Assembly (NCBI GenBank): GCA_963745035.1
Contig: CAVUVW010000013.1
Coordinates: 864,001 to 928,000 of the forward strand
DNA from: an uncultured delta proteobacterium
GTDB taxonomy: Bacteria > Desulfobacterota > Binatia > UBA9968
Reading direction: 5' to 3'
Length of the DNA: 64,000 nucleotides
The notes below the pieces were generated by a model. That model did no database searches. It saw only the letters and a program-made list of their open reading frames with translations, and was not told where the DNA came from. Made by a program: the position numbers and the translations under genes. Below, piece after piece: positions 1-10,320 of the stretch. Position 1 is the stretch's first letter; each line of letters starts with the position of its first letter.

Positions 1-924
1 CACGCGCACGCTGCTGAAGTCGTGGCCGAACCGCGCAGCAAAAAAGCGCCGCGTCTCTGCGTCCAGCGGCTCGCCTGGCGACGACAGCACGCCGCTGACA
101 AGCGGCGCCGCATCCACCGGTCCCGCCGCGCCGAAGCTTGAGGCTCGTTGCACAATTGTCGTCGGACCGCTCGGCCGCGCGCTCCTGCATTCCCGTTTGG
201 TTAAGACCAGATCTTCTTTCGGACAGGCGTAATCGTAAAAGCACAACGGCGTCGCCGGCGGCGGAGTCCAGGTGTTGATCGGCGCGGTCCCCACCACGAT
301 GTCGCGCTTCCGCACAATAACGCGAATCACGAGGCCGTCGTCGAAGTGAACGTAACAGCCGTAGTTGCCGTTGGCCCGGGGTGGTTCGCAGTCGATGCTG
401 GTTACCTTCGCCTGCGACGGCGGCGTCATGTCGTTGCGCACGTAGTGCTCGGCCGCCCGCTTGCTGATGCTCTGCGGATCGTTGAACCAGCTTGGACAGG
501 GACTTTCTTCCTCTTTGTCCGCGCCGCCTTCGGTTTGCGCAACAGTCTCCGTCGAACCGTCCCCGCTCGGCGTTTCTTCCTGGCGCTGGACATTTTCGGT
601 GCCGGCCATGCGTCGTTGCACCAGCGCTGTCCCGCCGAAATTCGATGGTTCGGATTGCTGATTCGGCTCCGCCGTCCGCATGACCTGATCCGCCACCCGG
701 TCCGCTTCTCGCTCGTACGCGTCCCCGGGCTCATTGATGCGCAATTTGGTTTGCAACGGCTGCCCAAGGAGCTTCTTTCGTTCACACTCAGAACAATTCC
801 CGCTAAGGTCGCTCGGGCCGCCGCAGGGACACTTGCGCCGTAGCAGAGCGCCATGGATCGGCACGAATCGCGAATGCGAGCTCTGCGTCCTTTCCGTTGG
901 TGACCTGCCTTCGCTTAACCTCAT
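1..924 (-). CDS. DUF4157 (eCIS core) domain protein 1, runs off the left edge; Cys-rich domain inserted before DUF4157
   Basis: Not in ORF track (no stop in window). Hand translation from ATG 924 (GGAGG upstream): MRLSEGRS..LLRRKCPCGGPSDLSGNCSECERKKL..EPGDAYEREADRVADQVM..SSPGEPLDAETRRFFAARFGHDFSSVRV; open frame to base 1. Confidence 0.85.
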   Translation of the reverse strand, partial: MRLSEGRSPTERTQSSHSRFVPIHGALLRRKCPCGGPSDLSGNCSECERKKLLGQPLQTKLRINEPGDAYEREADRVADQVMRTAEPNQQSEPSNFGGTALVQRRMAGTENVQRQEETPSGDGSTETVAQTEGGADKEEESPCPSWFNDPQSISKRAAEHYVRNDMTPPSQAKVTSIDCEPPRANGNYGCYVHFDDGLVIRVIVRKRDIVVGTAPINTWTPPPATPLCFYDYACPKEDLVLTKRECRSARPSGPTTIVQRASSFGAAGPVDAAPLVSGVLSSPGEPLDAETRRFFAARFGHDFSSVRV

Positions 925-1054
925 CGACAACCCACCCTCCGATAAAAAGTGCGCGTCATGCGTGCATATCCCACAAATCCTTCACCCCTCGAGCCGTGCC
1001 TTAGGATGGGTGCGACTCACAGCCCCCGCTCCTGAAAGCGATAAATATCTGCAA

Positions 1055-2488
1055 CTAAAAAGTGATATCCGAAGTTTGATTACCCGCGATACTCTTCCAC
1101 CGAGTATCCGCATCTCTCAACTCTTTCGTTGCCCCGCATTTCACTGTTGGCACCGCAGGAGTGAAATGAGGCTTGCCTGAGCTATCGATGAAGTAGCCCC
1201 AGAACAGACAGGCCAGTACCTTTTTTGAACCCATCTTGTCCTCACAGACTGCACAAGTTTGAAACGTCTTACCGACATTGATCGCGGTAATGTCATCACC
1301 AGGGGCATCCCACATGATCGCTGGCTTGGTGGCTGATCCGAGAACACTCATGTCTGTCTCACCCCGCGGTGCCGGCGTAAAAAACGGGTCTATGTCCTGA
1401 TTGGGTACGTCCACTCGCCAGCCTCTGGAGGATTCGTTCGGATCGTTCCACCCCGAACGAAGCTGACGCAATGGGTCCAACGGATCAGCTGTGATCAAAC
1501 GAGACGAATGAGGCGGCGGCAATCTCGGGTTCATTTTCGTGTTGCGCACGGTCTGAATCAAATGCAGATGAGTGCACGGACATTGAGAACGATCGTGTTG
1601 AGCCGAAATTTCCAGATATACGCCCCGTTTTTTATTGGCGTCATTGTTAAAATAGGGATATTCCCCCGCAAAGGCCCTGCCAATTTTAAACTCGACATCG
1701 CACCCGCCGGAATCAGTGCTACAGACTGCCGTATAAGTCTGTTCAAGAGTCGTCTGCTGCTGAAATAACGGGGTGCCGTTTTCATCCTTGGATCTCATGC
1801 CCTTAGATACACCTGAGCGCTCTTCGAACATTCCCCGAGTTTGTCTTCGAAGGACTGGTTGCTCGTCCGACAATGCGGCCTGCTGCACGATATGCGTCAG
1901 TTCGTGAGCCAGCAATTGTTTGCCTCGCAAAGTACCTGGCTGGTACTGCCCATCGGCGAAAGCCACATGGTTATCGACGGTATATGCGAACGCCTTCACC
2001 GCTCGCGCCGATTCCGCGGCACGTGAATCCGAATGCACCCGAACACGGCTGAAATCATGTCCGAAGCGTGGCTCGAAAAAGGCACGGGTCGCGGCATCCA
2101 GCGGTTGACCCGGCGAAGAAAGCAGGTCTCCGAAGATCGCTAGCGCGGTGGTGGGCCCAGCAGTGCTCGCGCTCACATCACGTTGCAGGGGTAGGGGCAT
2201 TGGGACCTTTGAAGCAGCCATCTCAGAAGCGGGACCTGCCATCCGCATGACCTGGTCCGCCACCCGGTCCGCTTCTCGCTCGTATTCGTCTCCCGGCTCG
2301 CCGATGCTCAATTTGCCCTGCAGCGGTTTGCCGGTCAGCCGCTTACTCTGACACTCTGAGCACTCGCCGGTCAGATTTGCCGAGCCGCCGCAGCCGCATT
2401 TGCGCTGCAAAATTCTCGGGTGCATCAAAACCGGCGAGCTCGGTGACGCCATGGAATTTTTTTGGGTCTGCAATTGCGTTTCCAACAT
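1055..2488 (-). CDS. DUF4157 domain protein 2 with unknown C-terminal putative effector domain
   Basis: LQRKCGCGG..GECSECQ leader; PGQPLDAATRAFFEPRFGHDFSRVRVH..AFAYTVDNHVAF..LLAHELTHIVQQ (DUF4157, HExxH); about 260 aa unrelated C-terminus. Confidence 0.9.
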   Translation of the reverse strand: MLETQLQTQKNSMASPSSPVLMHPRILQRKCGCGGSANLTGECSECQSKRLTGKPLQGKLSIGEPGDEYEREADRVADQVMRMAGPASEMAASKVPMPLPLQRDVSASTAGPTTALAIFGDLLSSPGQPLDAATRAFFEPRFGHDFSRVRVHSDSRAAESARAVKAFAYTVDNHVAFADGQYQPGTLRGKQLLAHELTHIVQQAALSDEQPVLRRQTRGMFEERSGVSKGMRSKDENGTPLFQQQTTLEQTYTAVCSTDSGGCDVEFKIGRAFAGEYPYFNNDANKKRGVYLEISAQHDRSQCPCTHLHLIQTVRNTKMNPRLPPPHSSRLITADPLDPLRQLRSGWNDPNESSRGWRVDVPNQDIDPFFTPAPRGETDMSVLGSATKPAIMWDAPGDDITAINVGKTFQTCAVCEDKMGSKKVLACLFWGYFIDSSGKPHFTPAVPTVKCGATKELRDADTRWKSIAGNQTSDITF

Positions 2489-2558
2489 TTCACCCGTTGG
2501 CGCCCGTCATGCCGCCACGATCCAAGCTTCGCGCCGCCCGCCAAACCGCCACAAACTC

Positions 2559-3522
2559 TTAGCCATCCGGCGCCGCCTGTTTTGCCGCCGGCGCCTTGTT
2601 CACGGCGACGCGGGTCACATTGATATTTTTCGAACCCGACTTCACCACATCGCGTGTCATCGTGTAGGTGATTATGAAAGCCGGCCCGAAACGTTTGCCG
2701 CCGCAGCTGAAAGATTGCTGGCATTGAACCTCGCAGCTGTCCTTTTTGAGTTCGTGCAGCAGGCTGGCATCTTTGTTTGCGAACACATGCAGGTCGTAAA
2801 ATCTATTTTGCCCTGCAGCCAATTTAGCTTTGCCGAGAAAATTGGATTCCGCGCCGACGACGAATGAGCTGCCGGCCGTGCTCCGCGCCTGATCGCTGCT
2901 GACATTCGAGCAGGCGTTTTTCCCTTTGTCGCCGCAGGTGTTCTTGGTCCTTTTGAGGCTCTCGTGGATTGCCGTGCCGTCCCAAACTTTGCCGCTGGGA
3001 TCGGAAACTTCCATCTCAGCGATACCACCCCAGCCGTTCAGAAAACCGTTCTTGCCAAAATCGACGTCGTTTGCAGGATGGACAGCAGCAACTTGGATGT
3101 CCGACGGGCAAGTTGGGCCACCTTTGCTTCGGCGGCGGGTCCTTTTTAACTGGCGCGGGTTTGGGCGCGTCATCGGGCCCATTGATCACGATCTCTCGAC
3201 GGGCTTCCGGCGACCCGTATTGCTCCCGATACTCAAGAGCGCTGCTGTGACGAAGATGAATCACGCGTCTCGGAACGAACCGGGACACGGCTGAAGTCAT
3301 GCGTAAAACGAGCCTCCGCGCGCTGCCCATGCTCGATAAATGTCTGCGGAACAGTTGACCTTCGGGTATCGCCGAGTTGAGTTGCAGTCTTTTGCTTTGG
3401 CACTCCCCACAAACGCCGCTCATTCCCGGCGCCGCGCCGCAGGCGCATTTGCGCTGCAATAGCCCGGGAGCGGCGTGCGCAGAAAACGCTTGTCCGGTTC
3501 GTATGTGGGATTGAGCGATCAT
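2559..3522 (-). CDS. eCIS cargo-like protein 3 (shared leader, DUF4157 stub only, novel C-terminal domain); frameshifted
   Basis: Pieces in several frames: MIAQSH..LLQRKCACGAAPGMSGVCGECQSKRL / ARFTHDFSRVPV / GPTCPSDIQVAAV..NVTRVAVNK (ORFs 3016..3876, 3233..3550, 2559..3182). Confidence 0.7.
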
Positions 3523-3524
3523 CG

Positions 3525-4767
3525 TCAAACCTGCATCGCGTAGCCCGCATAGCTGTCGGGGTTGTTGATCGTGTCGTTGTTCCCCGGCAGAGAGCGAAAA
3601 AGAATTCCCAGCACCGGAATCTTGCCGAGAAAATTCAGTACGCTGCCCCAAAATCCGCCGCCTCTCGGCTTGAGCTTCTTGAAATCTGCTTCGTTGGAGT
3701 AGGCGCGATCGGTCGTCAATAACGCGTTGTGCACCGATTCGTGAATGATGGTTTCGATCTTGAAGTCGGGAGTCGCTGCTTTGTAGGCGGCGGAACAGAC
3801 GTGGAGAGCGCCAAAGCAAGTCCACATCAACCGCCCTCCGGTGCACCAGCGCTTTGACGTGCCACACAGTGTCCAAGAGCTAGGATTACAGTCAAAGCGC
3901 AGCGCGCGCATGTTGGCGCGGATGAATCGATACTTTTGCCGCACGTCGCGGACAAAGCCGTCGTCGATCTCGCCGCTGCCTGCCGGATCGAAGTATTGAT
4001 TGAATGCGGCCTTGTCCGCCGGAACCATTTTCTTCCAACCCGGATCCAGGCTGGTGATGGCGCGATCGAGATGATTCGAGTGCCGGCTGGTGCATCGCTT
4101 TCAGATCATTTTGCAGAGCCGGCTCGCAGTCTTCGGTTTCGGTGCGCGGTTGATTCGCCGGCTGCCGGCGCAAGAACGCCGGAGCTTGGCTGAGTTGCGT
4201 CTGCGCAGCGGTCGGCTCGCCGCTCGTCACCTGCGCCGCTACGCGATCGGCTTCGATCTCCGCGGCATCGTTCGCCGCGCCGATTTCGAGACCCGGCTGC
4301 ACGCTCGCGGCGCTACCGGACTGCTGCACGACGTGCGCCAGCTCATGGGCAAGCAAACGCCGCCCCTCGGTGCTCTCCGGCGCATAACGCCCCGCATCGA
4401 AGGCGATGTGCGCTCCGACGGTGTATGCCTGGGCACCTACCTCCTTGGCGGAGTTGGCTGCGAGGTCGTCCGCATGAATCTGTACTTGGCTAAAATCATG
4501 GCCGAACCGCGCCGCAAAATATTCTCGTGTCGCGGCGTCGAGAGGTCGGCCGGGCGCGCGCAGCACTTCGTGTACGCTTGCCGGCGCCAAGCCCTGGGTT
4601 TTTCTTCCTTGGTGCAAATGATTTTTTTGGCACGCATCGCAGTCCCCGCTCAGGCCGGCAGTCCCGCCGCAGGCGCATTTGCGCTGAAGCAAGGCTGCAT
4701 GAGGCGCCGCCGACACTCGCGCCCCATGTCCGTCGAGTTGATTTGCGCTTTGTCGCTGTAGTTCCAT
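3525..4767 (-). CDS. DUF4157 domain protein 4 fused to an M35/aspzincin-like metallopeptidase; frameshift near 4080
   Basis: ORF 3892..4767 has leader plus DUF4157 (LLAHELAHVVQQ). ORF 3525..4028 has IIHESVHNALLTTDRAY..NNPDSY, matching the HExxH+D / NxDSY signature of M35. Confidence 0.85.
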
Positions 4768-4770
4768 GGA

Positions 4771-5135
4771 TCAGCGCTTCGAGCTCTTCGTTGCGCCGAG
4801 ACTCGGCATGGGTTCGACAAGACTCCGCTGCACGGCCTGCGCGATTTCCCGGCCGATGGCCGGCGCGCCGCTGCTCGCTTCGAGGAAAATTGCGCCGCCG
4901 TCGACCCGCGCGCGCGCGCCCGCGCGCAGCGCCTGCGCCAGCTCGCCGTCGCCGAGCACGGACACGAGCTCGCGCTCCAACGTTCCGGCGAGCATGTTTC
5001 CATCGCGCACGTCGATGCCGCGCAGCACCACCTCGCCGATTTCGAGCGTCACGGCGGGCCGCGCCGGCGCCGGCTCGTCGATGCGCGCGCGGAAATCGTC
5101 TTGCGCCATGCCGCGGCGCGCGCGGCGTCGTAGAT

Positions 5136-5139
<4 letters not shown>
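4771..5139 (-). CDS. eCIS-associated hypothetical protein
   Basis: ATGA overlap with the ATPase stop; VTLEIGEVVLRG..LERELVSVL..IGREIAQAV pattern of the small gene that follows eCIS ATPases. Confidence 0.65.
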
Positions 5140-7095
<1,956 letters not shown>

Positions 7096-7099
<4 letters not shown>

Positions 7100-8337
7100 G
7101 GTAAAGTCACCGTCGGACCGAAATTGGCGCTCGCCGGGTCGAGATCGACCACGCTTTCCGCGCCGTCGATCTGCAGCCGAACAAAATACTCGCCGGCGGC
7201 GGCGCCCGGGACCGGGATCGTGACGACGTTGGTGTCGGCGAGCCGCGGCGGCAGCAAAAAACTGTACGACGGCGCACTCCCCGCGGCGGTGGAATTGAGC
7301 AGCAGCACGACGCGCTGTTCCTTGCCGACGGTCAAATCGACGGTGAGCTCCAAGGCCGGCAACGGCGGCCCGCCCTGCGGGTCCGGAGCGTTCGTTTTCA
7401 CGATCGGCAAGTTGATCTGCGGCCGCAGGACAAACGTCGCGACGTTGGACTCGAATCCGCGGTGGGGCGTCCCGGGCGGCGGGCTGCCCAGCAGGAGCTT
7501 GTGAATAACCTGGAGCGCGCGCGCTCCAGCTTGTAAATCGCCGGGCACCGGCAAAGTAATGCGCGTTGCGCCCACCGACGCAGGCGCGCGCTCGATGCCT
7601 CCGAGCAAAACTGTCGTCACGTCGCCCTGCAGTTGCTTGCCGTCGATCTGCAAGGTGCTCGTGGCGAAAATCGGCGCCGTCTCGCCCGCGGTCGAGCTTA
7701 CCTTGTCGATCACCGGCTGGCGAAACGGCATGACGTAGAGATTGCGCGTCTGCACCGGCAGCGCCGGCTGCGCCGTCTCGTCGGTTTCGATCAATACCGC
7801 GCTTCCCTGGTACGCCACGGAGAGGACATAGGGCGATTGAAAAAAAATCGACCAGACTTTGGACAACTCCTCGAGCGACAGTCCCAGCGGCGTGAAGCGC
7901 ACCAAATCGAGTTGATCGGCCAGGTTCGAGGTCGCCAGCAAGGTGTCGAACGGCGGGTTGGCCAAGGTTTGGACGATGTCTTGATGGGTCAACAGCGGCT
8001 TGGCGTGGAGCTGGCGCACCAGAGCGCCGAGCAGGCGCTGGGGCTCGAGATTGTTCTCGTCGCCGTAGAAGCTGAATAGATAATGCAAGGTGAGCGCCGC
8101 TTGCGGCCGCTGGACGACTTGACCGTTGGACCGGCGGGTCGGCAAATCGGCGTTGCGATAAGCGCCGTTCGGCATCACCTGATAGAGAAATATATTGATG
8201 GCCGGATCGCGTGCCGCCGGCGCTGCTCCGTCGGGTCGCGCCGTGCTGACCTTCGCACCCGGCACCGCCGCGGCCGCGCTCGAGAGCACATGCTGCAGCG
8301 CGCCGGTCACGGTTGCGACGGCGAGATAATTGCTCAT
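7096..8337 (-). CDS. DUF4255 / Pvc16-Afp16-like tail cap protein with C-terminal Ig-like extension
   Basis: MSNYLAVATVT..INIFLYQV.PN.AYRNADLP..LSLEELSKVWS..LSVAYQ.S.VLI; coupled to flanking genes by ATGA overlaps. Confidence 0.88.
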
Positions 8338-8954
8338 CGCCGCCCCTCGTTGCGCTCGCGCAGATATTGTTCGAGAGAAAGCCGCGCCGCGGCGCGCCGC
8401 TCCGGCACGCTCGGGCGGGGCGCGGGCGCCGTAACCGCGCGGACTTCGACCCGGCCGATGCTCACGTGGATCGCCGGCGACACTGCCGTGAAGCGTTCGA
8501 AACCACGCGACTCGCTCTGCCCGCCCCGCTGGGGCGCGGGCGGCGCAATGACCGGCTCGTGGCGTGCGAACAGACTCGCAACTTCGGTGGCGGCGGGATT
8601 TTTTCCGACCTTAGCGGCGCCGTCACCGGCCCGCGAAATCTCCTCCGCCGCTAAGGACGCCGGCGACTGCGCGCGCGGCGAACCGTCGGCAGGAACGGCC
8701 AAATCCGAAGTCCGCGAAGTTTGCTGTTCCACGTTCGCTGCCTCGCCGCGGCGTTCAACCTGCGCACGCTCCGCTCCGAAGGGATCGTCCGGTCGCCCGA
8801 AGGGGCGTAAACCAATCTCCTCGCGCGCGGCGGCGGTCGGCGCGCCGGCGCCTTCTTTTTCCGGAGCTGCTGCGACAAGCGGCGCGAAATCGGGACGCGC
8901 GACCGGTCCCACGCCCAAAGTTCGTTCGGCAAGCCTGGTGAAAAAATCGCTCAT
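8334..8954 (-). CDS. eCIS-associated hypothetical protein
   Basis: True start MSDFFTRLAERTLG (ATGA overlap at 8951-8954); conserved tail IHVSIGRVEVRA..LSLEQYL. Confidence 0.75.
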   Translation of the reverse strand: MSDFFTRLAERTLGVGPVARPDFAPLVAAAPEKEGAGAPTAAAREEIGLRPFGRPDDPFGAERAQVERRGEAANVEQQTSRTSDLAVPADGSPRAQSPASLAAEEISRAGDGAAKVGKNPAATEVASLFARHEPVIAPPAPQRGGQSESRGFERFTAVSPAIHVSIGRVEVRAVTAPAPRPSVPERRAAARLSLEQYLRERNEGRR

Positions 8955-9691
8955 CCTTCCACCCTGTCGAGATAAAAGCGCCGGCGCGCCGGGCTCATGG
9001 CCAAAATATCCGCCTCGCGCCAGCCGTAAGCCCACGCGAGCGTATGGACTTCGTACAGATAGCGCTTTGCCAGCAGACTCACTTCGCTCCATAGAAATGA
9101 TGCGACGTCGAAAGCCAAATCCCAGGAATGAGCGCACGCGGCGCATTGGAGAGCAAAGGAAATGTCCGCGCAATTTTCCGATGCGCCGAGAGTGGACGAG
9201 AGCTCATCGAGCGCCTGCGCGGAAATCTCGGCGAGCGCCAGCGGTGCGTCGCCGCACCTGGCTTCGAGCACACAGCGCTCGAGCAGCAGGCTCCGCGCCG
9301 CCGCGGCATCGGCGCAGTGCGCGACCACCGCGAGGTCGGCGCTGTCCGGCGCGCGAAACGTGAGGCGCACGTCGCCGCAGACGAGCTCGCGCCGGCTCGG
9401 AGGGGCGCTTTCCCCGGTGCGCGTCAGCAGCTCACCTACGTCGGCGCGGAACTCGAGGCGCTCCTGGCAGCGCGGGCACTCGGCGTAGCAATAGAGCGCC
9501 GGCCCGAACAGCGCTTCGCGCAACTCGAGCAGGCAGGCATCACGCCGGCCCACCGGCAACGCGGCGAGCTCGGCAAAAGTCATTTCAGGATAAGCCGCAG
9601 CGAGCAGAGTCAGCGCCCGGTCCACCGGACGGTGCGAGACTCCCGCTTCCCACGCGCCTATAACTTGTGCAGCACTTGGTGGATGCATCAT
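8951..9691 (-). CDS. eCIS baseplate/assembly-type protein with two CxxC motifs
   Basis: CPRC..CAAC, EVHTLAWAYGWREADILAMSPARRRFYL; directly downstream of the tube gene. Confidence 0.75.
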   Translation of the reverse strand: MMHPPSAAQVIGAWEAGVSHRPVDRALTLLAAAYPEMTFAELAALPVGRRDACLLELREALFGPALYCYAECPRCQERLEFRADVGELLTRTGESAPPSRRELVCGDVRLTFRAPDSADLAVVAHCADAAAARSLLLERCVLEARCGDAPLALAEISAQALDELSSTLGASENCADISFALQCAACAHSWDLAFDVASFLWSEVSLLAKRYLYEVHTLAWAYGWREADILAMSPARRRFYLDRVEG

Positions 9692-9700
9692 GGACCTCGA

Positions 9701-10226
9701 TTATGCCGGCACGGTGAAGCTCGGCTCGGTCGGCTCGGGCACCTCGTTGTCGCGCAGCCAACCTTCGTTTTCGAGCTTGATCGACTGAATCGCCACGGCG
9801 TTGGCATTGGCGTCCAAGATCCGGCTGGGCCTGGAACTCGGACACCCAGCAGCGAAACACCTTGTAGGCGATCGCGAGCTGGCCGGCTTCGTTGTACATC
9901 TCGATGATGATGTCCTTGCGGAAATCCTTGAGCGAAACTTCCGCGCCCAAGCCAGCGCCGAAGTTCCAAACCTTATTCGCCCAGAGCTCGAACTCTTTGT
10001 CGTGGGTCACGCCCCGTTCCAGCGTGATCGCTTCGTATTTGGTCCGGCCCGGCGACTTTCGCCCGGTGCTCGGGTCGCCGCCCTCGCGGTGCTCGACCAC
10101 TTCGGTGGTGCGCTTGAGCGCGCCGACCTTGTGCACTCCGGCGACGTATTTGCCGTCCCACTTGACCCGGAACTTAAAGTTTTTGTACGGGTCGAAGCGC
10201 TGCGCATTGACGCTGAATTGAGCCAT
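9701..10226 (-). CDS. Phage tail tube protein (T4 gp19-like, Afp1/5); frameshift near 9815
   Basis: RFDPYKNFKFRVKWDG..PGRTKYEAITLERGVT..AYKVFRCWVSEFQA; C-terminus LKLENEGWLRDNEVPEPTEPSFTVPA* in another frame. Confidence 0.92.
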
Positions 10227-10251
10227 GACCTATCTCCTTGATTTAGACCTG

Positions 10252-10276
10252 AGGGGCGACCGCCGGTCGCCCCTAC
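10252..10276 (-). repeat. GTAG-type REP-like hairpin between sheath and tube genes
   Basis: Minus strand GTAGGGGCGACC-GGC-GGTCGCCCCT, perfect 10-bp stem starting within a GTAG motif. Confidence 0.6.
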
Positions 10277-10278
10277 AT

Positions 10279-10309
10279 TCTTTGTGTTCTTTGCGCCTCT
10301 GCGGTTAAT
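10279..10309. repeat. Short dispersed intergenic repeat (ACCGCRGAG..CGCARAG type); related copies near 37990-38012 and 42958-42990
   Basis: tctttgtgttctttgcgcctctgcggttaa vs ctctgcgctctccgcgtctccgcggtgaaat vs atttcaccgcaaagacgcag. Confidence 0.45.
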
Positions 10310-10320
10310 TCGGATTTTCG

